Shown in pieces: positions 48,895-61,961 of a stretch of 64,000 nt of DNA. The stretch is taken from positions 6,014,001-6,078,000 of the forward strand of contig OZ218950.1 in the NCBI GenBank assembly GCA_965112735.1. Direction: 5' to 3'. How positions within the stretch are numbered: the first letter of the stretch is position 1; each line of letters begins with the position of its first letter. Origin of the DNA: Phaeosaccion multiseriatum. Taxonomy: Eukaryota; Protista; Ochrophyta, other classes. The notes below the pieces were generated by a model. The model made no database searches. It had not been told where the DNA came from and worked only from the letters and a program-made list of their open reading frames with translations. Made by a program: the position numbers and the translations under genes.

Positions 48895-50430
48895 ATGGCT
48901 TCCGGGGAGCGTAAGCCTTTGCTTTCAGGGACGGCAGGAACGGCAGGCGGCAGCGTCAATAGTAGTGGCAGTTCCAAACAAGAGGGGGACAAGAGCCCCT
49001 TCTACTTCCTCAACAGGCCAAAGAGGGGCGGGTCTGTGGACCTAAGTGATGGATCGGGTGCCATCAATCGGGAAGGAGAGCGGGTAGAGCTGGCCAACCC
49101 TCTCACCCCGAAGAAGACCATCATGAACAAGCCACGGAAGGTGCAGACAGGCGACGCCCCGGCCGCGCTGTATAAAGCAGCTCAAGAAGGGGTTGGATGA
49201 CTCGAGTGGAGGGAAGGGGGGTACGGGCGGGGAAGGGAGGCCAGATGGCTGATGGCAGCGAAGAAAGATGGCAGTGGTTTGCGGTCTCCCTTCTCTCCCT
49301 CTCTTGCCCTCCTCTCTTCAATCTCTACCGCTGTCTTCTCTCCCTACCCCTCTTAACATCTAGCACACGCATTCCTGCCCTCCCCTCCTCTCTCCCTTCT
49401 CTCCCTACCCCCCTCTATACACCTAACACACGCACCCCCTCCCCCCCCCCCATCCCTCCCTACCCCGAACACCGCAACACACACACACCACCTACCCCAC
49501 AGGTGCCCGTCAAGGTGGAGCCGAAGGTGTTCTTCGCCAACGAGAGGACATTCATCGCGTGGATGCACATGGGGGTCACGCTGGCCACCATCTCCATCGC
49601 CATACTTGCCTTCGCCGAGCACAACGAGTGGAGCCAGGTCAGTCAGTGAGTAGGAGTAGGTAGTGAGCAGTCAGGGAGTGGGAGTAGGCAGTAGGCGGTC
49701 AGCCTGCAGGTACTTTCTGCTCACCAAGGGGAGAGAGAGACAGACAAGAGAGACAGAGAGGGGAGGGGGGGGCTGCTGGGCATTCGCCGAAGAGATTCTC
49801 GCTCCCTCGCTGCCCCCCTCCCTTATATTCTTGTCTCAGGCCTGATGTGTGGCATTCGTCCCCCTCACCAACTCTGCTTGTTTCCTTTCCCGTTTGTGAA
49901 TGATGTGGACCACCTGCAGGTGTACGGTATGACAATGATGCCGGTGTCCATCGGCTTTATTCTCTACGCCTTGTATCAGTACATGAAGAGGTGAGAAGGG
50001 AGGACGCAGGGAGGTGGCGGTGGACTGAGGGGGGGGGGGAGAGAGAAGCAGGAGGGGAGGAGGAGGAGGAGGAGGAGGGGGTGGGGAGAAGGGGGAGGGC
50101 TCCTGTGGTGGACAAGGGGGTAATGCTTTCCCGTGGCCTTTGCACACGATTGCTCGAGTCACATCACACTTGCCTTCCGCCCTCTCCTTCTGCTTCCGAG
50201 CTACTGAGTGTCTCTCTTTTTTCGATCTCAACAAAGCCTCACTTCTCTCCCTATCCATCAACCCATCCATCCATCCATCCATCCATCCATCCATTAGGGC
50301 CTCCATGATCCGGCGGCGCTCCCCCGGCCCCTATGATGACGTCATGGGCCCCATCGTGCTGGCGACGATGCTCTCCGTTGCCATAGTGCTCAACTTCGCC
50401 GTCAAAATGTATGCCCTCTACGGCACGTGA
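48895..50430 (+). CDS. VTC1: Vacuolar transporter chaperone 1-like (DUF202) subunit of the polyphosphate polymerase complex; exons 48895-49140, 49503-49637, 49920-49990, 50298-50430
   Basis: VPVKVEPKVFFANERTFIAW, three TM segments and IRRRSPGPYDDVMGPIVL. Confidence 0.9.
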
Positions 50431-51609
50431 GGAGAGAACACACACTGACTTATGGGAATCAATCGAAGAATTAGAAGTACGTATAATTGGTAATTGTGAA
50501 TGTGAGGAGAGGTGAAGGAGGAAGGGAAGGAGAAAGGATGGGAGTGATGTACGCTGTCTACGGCTGCTGGCTCCAGGCTCAAGGCTCAAGAGGAGGGAGG
50601 GGAGCAAGGTGGAGCAAGGAGCAAGGTGGTTGCTTGTTTAGGGCAAGGCCTTGTCTGCTTTGTGTGGAGCGGACGAGATGGAGTGATCCCAGCCATCCAC
50701 ACGATGCGCCTCCAAGTAGGGAGAGCGACACCGGTGGGCTGAGAGGGAGAGGACTGTGAGGAAGGGCAGAGAGAGGACTAAGAGGGAGAGAGAGTGTGCA
50801 TATGTGCGTGAGAGAGAAAGAGAGAGAGTGAGATAGAGAGAGAGCTGAGAAAGAGGGAGGACAGGAGAGAGAGAGGGAGAGAGAGAGAGAGGGTGCGATG
50901 TGCTGCGGGCATGCTGGGGGGGACTCTGGCAGTAAAGCTTGGCACCCAAAGCTTGGCACCCAAAGCTTGCAACGATGGCACCGTAACACACTCACGAGGA
51001 GGAGACCACGACGAAGGGTTGGGGCTAGAGAAGGATGAGGGAAAGAAAGCTATATTACTACATTATGGAATCAACGTAAGACTTACGTATGAGGGGCGGG
51101 GTGTAGTTGTGTTTTGCGGCCCTCGTCCGTCGTGCCGCACAGGCACGCGTTGGGTAGGCAGGCAAGTAGGTAGGTAGGTACGTACGTACGTAGGTAGGTA
51201 CGTACGTAGGTACGTAGGTAGGTACGTAGGGCTCAGGTAGCTATTCGTTCGTAATATTACTTCGCATTGCAGCTGCGTAAGTCATACGTACGCTCAATGA
51301 TATGACGTACTAATTACTGAATAGAACTCTCACTCCATCCATGACACACGTGTCACAGCTGGATGCGCTGTCTGAGGCTGTTGGTCGTCCGGTGGCCGCA
51401 AAATATGCATTGGGGCATTTGCCCTGCCCTCCTCCCTCCGTCCCTCCCACCTCTCTCTCTTGTCCATTGATTGCAGCGTGAGGAAGGGGAAAGGTGCACA
51501 CAAGGGGAAAGCTATCACACCGCTTTCTCTCTCTCTCTCTCTCTCGCCTCTCGTCTCTCCACCACTCTCTCTCTCTTTGTGTATATCTCTCCCTCTTCTC
51601 TCTCCTCTC

Positions 51610-54600
51610 TCAGCCGGCCTCAACGAGCCCGAGCACATCTCTCACACCCTGCTCCACCTTGATGAGCGTTTGAGCGTATCTGTCGGCGTTGGTGTTCGTG
51701 TTGGTGGTACAGCGCGAATGTACAGACAGGAGATGAGTGTTTGACGAGAGTGAGAAACGGAGGGACAGAAAGAGGCGGAGGGAAAGACACAAAGAGTGGA
51801 GGAGCGAGAGAGAGATGGAGGGAGAGAGAGGAAAAGAGAGGCAGAGAGAGGGGGAGAGAGAGGAAAGAGAGAGTCAGTAGGGGCAAGCCAGGATGGCCAG
51901 CCGCTGTACTACCAACTGCTGTACTGCTGCACTCACTTGACGAGCGGCACTCGAAGGTCCTTGTGCTTCTTGAGCAGGTCTTTGAGCACGGCGGCGGGTA
52001 GCTGCAGCAGTTGGTGACACGGTCGAGGAAGCAAGAACAAGATGGCGGGAGAGGAGCGGAGTAGCCAGATGAGCCCCAGAGCGTCCACCAAGATCAGAGC
52101 AGGCAGGCAGACAGGCAGGCAGGCAGGCAGATAGGCAGGCAGGCAGATAGGCAGGCAAGCAGGCAGGCAGGCAGTCAGAAAGCGCCACATACAGTGCAAA
52201 CCAGCAGTGAGGCACAAAATCACTCTCGTGCGTAAACACACTCATACGCACATACACACACGCACACACACATACACGCACACGTACATACACGCACACA
52301 CGTGCACACACGCACCTGCACCAACGCGATACAGCTTGTCTGCCCGCTCTCTGTGGCCATCATTTTGGCACACACGGCAAAGCCCCCCCACAGAGTGTTG
52401 TTCTCCCACGCCTTTGGAGGAGGGAGGGGAGGAGGGGGGCAGGGGACGAGGGAACGAGAGAGAGAGAGTGGAGGTGTGAGTGTGTGTGTGTATGTGTGCG
52501 TGTTTGGTGCGTCCGTGAGACAAAGCGAGGAGCCGGGGGAAAACATCCGCGAAACGCGCCAGTGAAATATGTCTCGCAGGGCAGGGCATCATCGCATTCA
52601 ACACAAAGAAAGCGAGGGCCGCAGCTCTCCCTCCCCACCCCCCACCCCCGTCTTCCCCCCCATGACACCCACCCACCCACTCACCCACTCACCCACCCAC
52701 CCACCCACCCACCCACTCAGGAACCCACTAACTAACTCACTCACTCACTCACTCACTCACTCACTCACCCACCCACCCACTCACTCACTCACTCACTCAC
52801 TCACTCACCCACCGGCATCATCGCATTCAACACAAAGAAAGCGAGGGCCGCAGCTCTCCCTCCCCACCCCCCACCCCCGTCTTCCCCCCCATGACACCCA
52901 CCCACCCACCCACCAACTCACCCACCCACCCACTCACCCACCCACCCACCCACTCACTCACCCACTCACCCACTCACCGACCCACTAACTCACTCACTCA
53001 CTCACTCACCCACCCACCCACCCACCCACCCACTCACTCACTCACTCACTCACTCACTCACCCACCCACTCACTCACTCACTCACTCACTCACTCACTCA
53101 CCCTGAGCTCCACCATTCGAGGAAGCACTTGCTTGGCCACGAAGGTCTTGAGCTGCGGGAACTTCTGCACCGCCACAATAACCGTCAGCATGAACACATC
53201 GGGGATGGGGGTAGGCTTCTTAGCGTCCGCTCCATTGGCACCCCCGCCCTTGCCCTGAGCTGCAGACATCATCGTCTCCAGAGCCTCTTTGATGGCCTGC
53301 GTGTGCGTGATGTGTGTATGTGTGTGTGTGTGTGATGTGTGTGTGAGTGTGTGTGCGTGTGTGTGTGTGTGTGTGAGTGTGTGTGCGTGCGTGTATGTGG
53401 TGGTGGTGGGGGGGGGAGGGGAGGACTTTTAAACAGACAGTGTCGGGCAAAAGAGCTGAGCAACAAACCCCTAGCCAAGCAAGGGCGGGACCGCAATGGA
53501 GGCCCACTTCGGGAGGCCCGATGGCAGCACATGCACGGACTGCCTGCCCATCCACCCCAACCAAGCAGACCAACAGAGCTGGCAAGCCTTTTCCCTACCC
53601 TGCCCTACCCTACCCCACACCACAGCAAACCACACCACACCACACCACACGCTACACCATATCACACCACACCACAGCAGTTGGTGATACACCCACGATA
53701 CTCACGTGGAAGTTGAAGAGCCCCTCGACACCCAAGCAGGCCTGGATGGCCCCCCCAACCTTCTTCACCGGGACCTTCTTTGCCCTGAGCACCGACGGCC
53801 GCTCGTTGAAGGTGTGCAGCATCACAAGGAGGGCAGAGAGGGTCATGGGGGCCTTGAAGGCTCCCGTAGGTCGGCGTGGGGAGGTCAAGCGGATGAAAGC
53901 CTTCTCTAGGATGCCTGCGAGTGTGTGTGGGGGAGTGAGGGGTGTCAGGACAGGGGGTGAGGGGGACGTGTCAGGACAGATTGTACACACGTCCACACGC
54001 ACTCGAGCACTCACGCCCACATGCCGACAGGCCCACACATGCACACACACACACACACACACACAATACACACAAGTGCACACCAACACACACACACACG
54101 TACACACGCACGTGCACGCCCACACTCACACCCACCCACGGCCAGTCATTGGCTTACCCTTCTCGCTGGTGGTGAGGAGCTGTGGCAAAATGTTATCCTG
54201 TAAATCCTCTTTTGAATAACCCGCCAGCACGGGTACCAAGTACCGCATGGCCAGATCAGGGGCGGGGGTGGCAGCAGATGGGGCACCCTTCTTGGCCTTC
54301 TTGGCCGGCGGGGGGGCAGTGGAGGGGACGGGGGTGGAAGTGGGTGGTGGTGCCATGGAGTCGAATAAGGCCTTGCGCTTTCCCTGCATGACCTGTTGGG
54401 TGTGGGTGTGTGCGGGATGGCAGTGGATGGGGGGGGGGGGGAGGAGGAGGGGGAGGAGGAGGGCGGGGGGAGGGGTCAGTCTTGGGGTACGCGTGTGTGT
54501 GTGTGACAGAGGGGGGGGGGGGAGGGAGAGAGAGAGGGGAGACATAGAGCGGGAGAGAGAAAATTCGCGCGAGAGAGAGGAGAGAGCGAATACGAATACG

Positions 54601-57600
54601 AGACGGAGAGAGGGAGAACGAGACAGAGGCAGACAGAGAGACTGCGTACGTGCATGTGTGTGTGCGTGCCCTGCGTGCCCTGCGTGCCATCGTCACTCAC
54701 CTCAACGGCCTTAACCAGGCTCTGTGCGGGGCTGTTTGTCTCTTGTGGCACAAGCAGCTCGAGCATGAGCAGCACCAACGCGTCGGCAGCAGGGGCGGCC
54801 TCCGTCAGGATCTGGAAGGGGCGTATGTGCAGGGCATGGGTAGGGTAGAGGTGTATGGGCAGGGCAGGGCAGGGTAGAGGTGTATGGGCAGGGCAGGGCA
54901 GGGTAGAGGTGTATGGGCAGGGCAGCGTAGAGGTGTATGGGCACGGCAGGGCAGGGTACAGGTGTATAGTCAGGGTAAGGGACGTGTGGGCACACATGCC
55001 CCTCCCCACACGCACGCACGCACGCACCTGCACCACGGCGGGCACCCCGAGGCGGTCCTTATTGGCCGCAGCGCCCCCTAGCGCAGGCAGCTCCTCCTCT
55101 ATACCCTTACGTACGGGAGGAGCGGCCTTGGCATAGGCAGTGAACAGGCCGGCAAGCATGTCTTGGCGCCGCACACTCAAGGCAAAGTAGAGCGACAGGC
55201 GGCAGCGAGTGTCCACTTCGGAGAGCGGAGGGCCCTTCCACTCCCCTCGGGGGCCGCGGGGGAGGTTGCTGTCTTCCTCTCCGGCGTCGTCCCCCTCCTC
55301 CTCCTCTTCCTCCTCTGCCTTCTTCTCGCCATCTGTGACTGTCCCTCCTCCTCCCTCCTGCTCGACTGCTGCTGCTGCTGCTGCTGCTGCTGCGGCTTCT
55401 GCTTCTGCACTACCCGGCTCTAGTTTCACAGCTGGTGCCTCTGTCCCTGTATCACCAACTGCTGCGGTTGGCTTGGCGATGAGGCTGTCCAGAGACTTGT
55501 GGGCAAAGTCCAGCACCTTGTCCTTGAACTGCGGCTTGGGCCACAGCATGTTGGCGACGACTCGCACAGCGTTCCTCCTCACGTCCACGTTTTTGTGACA
55601 CGTGAATTTGAGCACTGCGGTCAAGCACGCGGGACGTACGGCAGGCTTGCCCAGAATCAGCTCCTGCAGAGAGAGAGAGAGAGAGAGAGGGGGGGTGGGC
55701 GGCACGAATACAAAAAAAAAACAACACACACCCACACACACGACGGAGAGAGGGGGGAACGAATGAGAAGAACGAGATGGAACATGTGTGTGTGAAAATA
55801 GTGACCTTCTCTCCCTCCCCCCCTCTCCTCCGCCAAACCCTTCCCTCGCTCCCCCCCACACACCTTTCCCTCCCCTCCCCCTCCCCTCCCCCCTCCCCTC
55901 CCCCCTCCCCTCCCTCCATCTCTACCTTGAGGCAGCTGAGACCCGTTGTGATCTCCTCCTTGGCCTGGGCCCGAGCGCAGAGGTTAAACACGAGTGCTAG
56001 ACAGGCTTGGGGCACGCGTGGAGCACTCATCTAGGGGGGGGGGGGGAGGGGGATGGCAGTGGATGGGAGCGGTTGGGATGGCAGTGGATGGGGAGGGGGG
56101 GGGGTGGCAGTGGATGGGGGGCAGAGTAAGAGAGTACACCGGATCCACCAACCAAAATAACACTGACTTTAATGCGTACGGCCTCCTCCTCCTCCTCCTC
56201 CTCCCGTCTCACCAACTCACCAAGGTCTGTGTGAAGAGCCTCCTTCCCTTGCCGGTCTTGAGGGAGCCGGCGAGGTTCCGCAGGAGCATCATCAGCACAG
56301 CGTCGTACACAGCAAAGGGGGCAGCTGGTGGTGGTACAGCCGTTGGTGGTACAGCAGCAGCCGCCGCAGAGCCGTCTTGCCCTCCTCCTCCTCCTCCTCC
56401 TCCTCCTCCTTCTGCTCTTTCTGCCCCCCCGTCTTCGCCATTCTCTCCAGCAGTTGGTGATACAGCAGCGCTTTGTTGCCGCATCACCTCCACCACGTAG
56501 AGCTCAAACAGGAGCGTGATGGCCGTGGTTCCTCGCTTTGCATAATCCCCCACTAGGAATTGAATCAGCTCCTTCATCGGCTTCATGCTCTTGGAGGAAG
56601 ACGAGCCCATGCCTCCACTCGACGTCCTCCTTATCATCGACAGCGGCGTGGCGCCTCCTCCTCCTCCTCCTCCTCCTCCTCCTCCTCCTCCTCCCTCCCT
56701 CTCCTCTTCCCGGACATCCAACGCCTCTACAAGCATCCTCGCCAACTTGACTACCACCTTACGCTGCACGTCTGCACAGCCTGCCATCTTCGCCCCCTCC
56801 GTAGCCTTGATGACCCTCTTGAAGGCGGCAGAGGCCATGCTCAGGCCCTTGTCTATGGGGTCCACAGGCTTGGCCCGTGCCCTCTCCAGCTCCTGCTGCT
56901 CCCGCCGCTCTCGCATCAGCTGCTGCTGCCGTAGCATGTTCTTCCGTTGCCCACCCCCCCCCCCTCCTCCTCCTCCCCCTCCTCCACCTGCTGCCCCTGC
57001 AGGGAAGCCCGCCTCTCCCGCCGATGCCGACGTTGGGGAGGACATGGGAGGGGGCATCGATGAGCCGTCGGGAGATACCAAGTCCTGTGTGTGTGCGTGT
57101 GTGCGTGCGTGGGTGCATGTTGCATCCATTGGGTAGGAAGAGGAGCAGGACGAGAAAGAGGAGTAGGATAAGGAGCCGCAGCAGTAGCAGTAGCAGTAGC
57201 AGTAGCAGCAGCAGCAGCAGCAGAAGTATTGGTGGCAGTAGTAATAGTAATAGCTGCATCCTGTAGCACCCCCGACCCAGGAATGTCCGACTCAACCCCA
57301 AACTCAGCCCCATCAATCTCAAACTCAAATCAAACTCACCACTCCGACCTCCCCGAACTCCGTGGATGTCCTAAACCACGCGTAAGTGTCGCCTTCCCTC
57401 TCCCCATCGTCGTCGCCAACCATCGTAGCACCACCTCCTTCCCCTCTTCTCCTCTTGTTGGCCCTTCCCCCTTCCATCAACACGCCCCCGTCCTCCCCTT
57501 CCTCCCCTCCGGCCCCTCCCATCCTTAGCCTGGCGCCACTCTTTGCCTGTTCCTGCTCCTCTGCATAGGCCGCATCTGCTACCATCTCCGGAGGGTTGAC

Positions 57601-58657
57601 CTGCGCATTCAACCACGCCATGAGCTCCTCTCCAGGGAGGGGGAGCAGCTTGGAGCGAAGGTTCTGATGGCCCGGAGGGGGGGGGGGGAGCTTGTCTAAG
57701 CTGCTCAACACAAGTTCACCCACCGCCACGTAGTCCATCTCTGCTGCTGTATCACCAACTGCTGAACCACTACCTGTCCCGCCAACGGATAATGCCCCCC
57801 CTGGACCACCAATTTGCGCTTGGGCGGCCGCCATGGCTGCTGCAAGAGCCGCCGAAGGAGGCAGTGCGTGCCCTTTACTGCTGCTCCCGCTCACCCCGCC
57901 ACTGCTGGTGCTACTACGACTCCCTCCCCGCCCTGCCGATGCAGCAGCAGCAGCAGCAGCAGCAGCCCTACTGGCTCTGGCAGCACCGACGGCAGCGGCG
58001 GAGGAGGACGAGGAAGAGGAGGAGGACGCAGATGATGTCGAGTACGGATCAGAAGCGTTGCCGCTGAGGTCGACTCTGCCCCGGACGGCTCCGTTGGCAG
58101 CCACAGCAGACGATGCCTGCTTGTCGGCGCCGCTGTGGATGATGGCATTGGCCAGCGCCTGCACGGAGGGACTGTGGTGGTGTACCATGTGTGGTGAAGG
58201 AAAGGTAAAGTGAAAAGGTGAGATGACAAGACGGGTAGAAAGGTGGCAGGAAGATGGTAGTGGATGGATGGGTCGGGTGGGGGTTGGGTTGGGGGAGAGG
58301 GAAGAAGGGGGAGGAGGGAAGCGGGGAGGGGAGGAAGCTGGCATGACACGTACAACGAGGACACTTCGATTCATGTCAAACGAGGACACTTCGATTCATG
58401 TCACACTTACCCTGGGGCTGGTGCGACCTTGAGAAGCTTGACGCACGCCGCTCTAAGCGACCCCGCTGTGTCTCGAAGGGAAGCGGCGGCGGCGTTGGCG
58501 GTAGCGAGCGCTGCAGCGGCTCGGGCAGTGGCGGTTTCATCGTTGTCCTGGCGCCCAGAGCCAGGGGCAGGGCCGGCAGACAAGCTTCTGCTCATAGCAG
58601 CCACCTGGGAAGGGGGGAGGGGGGGGGGGGGTGTCAGGTGCGAGAACAGAGGGGAAG

Positions 58658-58723
<66 letters not shown>

Positions 58724-61174
58724 CACACACACACATACCACTTTGTCTGGTGAGCGCAGCACGAGGGCCATGGCGGGTACGACGAGCTCAAAGAGACTCT
58801 GCTTGGAGGTGGCCATGTTGAGCAGCGCGTTCTGCAGCACCTGCGCAAGTTCAAGTTGAAGTGAGGAAACAAACAAAAGGGTTTTGTGTGGGTGTAAGTG
58901 AATGATTTGTGTAACGAGACAGTCAAATCAGTAGAAGAAACAAACAAGCAAACAAACAGCAAGGGACACCCATCAATTCCGTCAGGGGTCTGCCGGTACC
59001 GGCCAAGTCCTGACACCACCCACTCACCAGGTAGTGCTTGGCCGTGAAGGTGCTGTCTGCAGGGGGGCGACTCTTGAGCCATGTCACCATCTTGTGAGCC
59101 AAGCCCCGACCCTCCGTCTCGAGCAAGACGGGGCGCATGAATGGGTGCGAGGGGGGGATGAGGGAGAGCACAGATGTGTCGCCATGACGACCTGGGAGGA
59201 GGAGGGAAGAGAGGGAGGGAGGGGGGGAGGGAGGGAGGGAGAGAGGGAGGGAGGGAGAGAGGGAGGGAGGGAGGGAAGGAGGGAGGGAGAGAGGGAGGGA
59301 GAGAGGGAGGGAGGGAAGGAGGGAGGGAGAAGGGGAGGGAGGGAGGGAGGAAGGGAAGGAGGGAGGGAGAAGGGGAGGGAAGGAGGGAGGGAGGGAAGGA
59401 GGGAGGGAGAAGGGGAGGGAGGGAGGGAGGGAGGGAGGGAAGGAGGGAGGGAGAAGGGGAGGGAGGGAGGTTCGCGTAAGGACGGAGAGGTGAAGAGTGG
59501 GGCAGATACGCACGCAGGGGCAAGTAGCGGAGGAGGAGTGGGCATCAGGACTGACCTGGCTCCCACCACACAGGCATACGGGCCAAACACCACCCACCCA
59601 TTGACATAACTGTACCTGCGCTGGGACCGAGGCCCTTGCCGGGCACCATGGCCAGCACGAGCGTTTCCATGAACTTCATCACGCAGCTCGACACCTCCAC
59701 CTGGGGTGGGGGGCAAGAGTGTCAGGACAGGAGGGGATGGGTGGGTGGATGGGTGTCAGGACAGGGGGGGATGGGTGGGTGGATGGGTGTCAGGACAGGG
59801 GGGGATGGGTGGGTGGATGGGTGTCAGGACAGGGGGGGATGGGTGGGTGGATGGGTGTCAGGACAGGGGGGATGGGTGGGTGGATGGGTGTCAGGACAGG
59901 GGGGGATGGGTGGGTGGATGGGTGTCAGGACTTGATGGATGCGCCTGTATCTACGTGACCTCTCTCTCTCTCTCCATCCTTTCTCTCTATCTGTCCCTCT
60001 CTCTCTCTCTCTTTCTCTCTCTCTGTCCCCTTCTCTCTCTCTCTTTCTCTCTCTGTCCCTCTCTCTCTCCATCCTTTCTCTCTCTCTCTTCTCTCCCTCT
60101 CTCTCTATACCCCACACACCGCCTATACCTGAGGCGAGGAGATGAGTGCGAGGATCTGCCCCTTGAGGGCCATGAGGGCGGTGAAGTCCGCCTGTGCCTT
60201 TGGCCCCATCTCAGCAGCGAGGTAGGAGAGGGCGGGCTTGAGCACGTTGTTAGCGGTGATGACACACGCCTTCTTTACGCCGGCGTGGTCGTCGGCAAGC
60301 ATGAATTGGATCACTCCCACGAGCTGTGTGAATGGGGTACGGGGTATCGGGTGTGGGAGAGCGAGAGAAGAGAGAGAGAGGGAGAGAGAGACACACAAGG
60401 AGAGAGAGTGAGACAGACAGACAGAGAGGGAGAGAGAGATGGAGAGAGAGGTCGAGAGAAAGAGGGAGAGAGATGGGGCAAGGCGGTGTGGGGAGGACGG
60501 GGACCGGATCGGTCGAGAGAGAGGGAGGAAGGCAGAGGAGCAAAGAGAGAGCAAGGGAGAGAGAGAGGGAGAAGAGAGAGAGAGATATATGTACAGAGAG
60601 AGAGAGACAGACGGACGGAGAGAGGAGAGGGGAACAAGGACAGGACGGAAGCGCTGTTTAGAAAGTTACCTGTCCCATGTACTCCGGATTCTGCTTCACG
60701 ATTTCTCGGAGTATGCCGAGCAAGTGCCTCCTCGTTGTGGCATTAAAGTCGGTCTGAAACTCGCACAGCAGCGGCACCACCTGGGGGAGGATGGCGTTGT
60801 CTCTGTTGAGACACAGCTCCTTGACCTGGAGGAGGAGGAGGAGGAGGAGGAGACAAGTGAGCCGGGAAGTGCGGTAGATATTTGTATACGCTGCAGTGAG
60901 GGGAGCACTTCCTGTCTGAGAAGCGAGCGATGAGACGTGGGCGTGTGCGCTCGAGAGGGAGACCACCCGCCCTTGATCTGTCTGGGAAGATTGTGCAGCT
61001 TGCTCGTCTTCCCTCCAGCTCGACAAGCGCACTGCCCCCATCAAAACCGGTCCAAACAAGGCCCATACTTGCCTGACTGAGGAGATACTGCTTCTGATCG
61101 TTGGTCTCGAGCTTGGCATCGTTGATGATGTCCAGCGCCTGCTCCAGCAGCGCCTGAGAGGAAGCCGTCGCCAT
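51610..61174 (-). CDS. SYMPK: Symplekin / Pta1, scaffold of the mRNA 3'-end processing complex (many exons)
   Basis: N-terminal HEAT region (LSQ|VKELCLNRDNAILPQVVPLLCEFQTD...MLADDHAGVKKACV). C-terminal symplekin region: DVRRNAVRVVANMLW, MTLSALLVMLH, FMLTVIVAVQKFPQLKTFV, WENNTLWGGFAVCAK, LVQ|LPAAVLKDLLKKHKDLRVPL. Confidence 0.88.
54832..54970. repeat. Intronic minisatellite built from GGGCA / GGGTAGAGGTGTATGGGCA units
   Basis: Read directly from the sequence. Confidence 0.8.
59719..59931. repeat. Intronic minisatellite of about 34 bp (GGGTGTCAGGACAGGGGGGGATGGGTGGGTGGAT), about 6.5 copies
   Basis: Read directly; lies adjacent to the minus-strand acceptor at about 59700. Confidence 0.92.
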
Positions 61175-61557
61175 CGCGCCACCGATTTACCCTGTCACCA
61201 GCTGCTACGTGCAGCTGCTGCGCCCCGAGAGGGGGTCTTCCCTACCGCGACTATTCCTCTCCCTCCCGCTGCTGCTGCCCTCCTCTCATTTTTGCCGCAA
61301 TGGTAGCACTCCCTCATCCGCACATGGGTTCTGCCAGCACACCACGCCCCCTTCTCTACCTCCCCCTGTTTTTTGTTTTTGTTTGTTATCCTTGCTTTTC
61401 TCTTCTTTGATGAGGGGATCGGCGGGGCGTGGAGTGCCATCGTTAAAATAATTAGAGGCATACGCCTTGCGGGGATTTCGCGCCAAAGGCTTTAGCATCT
61501 CATAGAAGACGCCACATATCATCCCAATCATCCTAGTGCTTGGGTACTTGGCTGAAC

Positions 61558-61929
61558 ATGCAAAGGTACGAACCTATGATGTGCCAGCACTGCCATGGCC
61601 AGGGATATACGTTTGTCTTGGCGGCCCCGCCAAGGAACAACAAGAAGGGAGAACAGAAGGGGGTGAGGCTGAAGCGGGAGGAACGAGCGCCCGTGCGGAG
61701 GGAGAACAAGGGGATAAGAGATGTGGAGCAGCAGCAGCAGCCTCACCCCCTTCTGTTCCCGAGGGAGAACAAGGGGATAAAAGATGTGGAGCAGCAGCAG
61801 CAGCATCACCACCACCAGCAGGAACAGAAGGGGGTGAGGCTGCTGAAGCGGGAGGGACAAGTTTCCCTGCTGCCACAGAGGAGGGAGAATAACAAGGTGA
61901 CAGCAGGAGGTGCGGAGCAGCAGCAGCAT

Positions 61930-61961
<32 letters not shown>

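Noticed and set aside
50934-50970. AAAGCTTGGCACCC tandem copies with HindIII sites, suggesting vector or linker sequence
   Set aside because: A simple 14-bp tandem duplication with no other polylinker sites.
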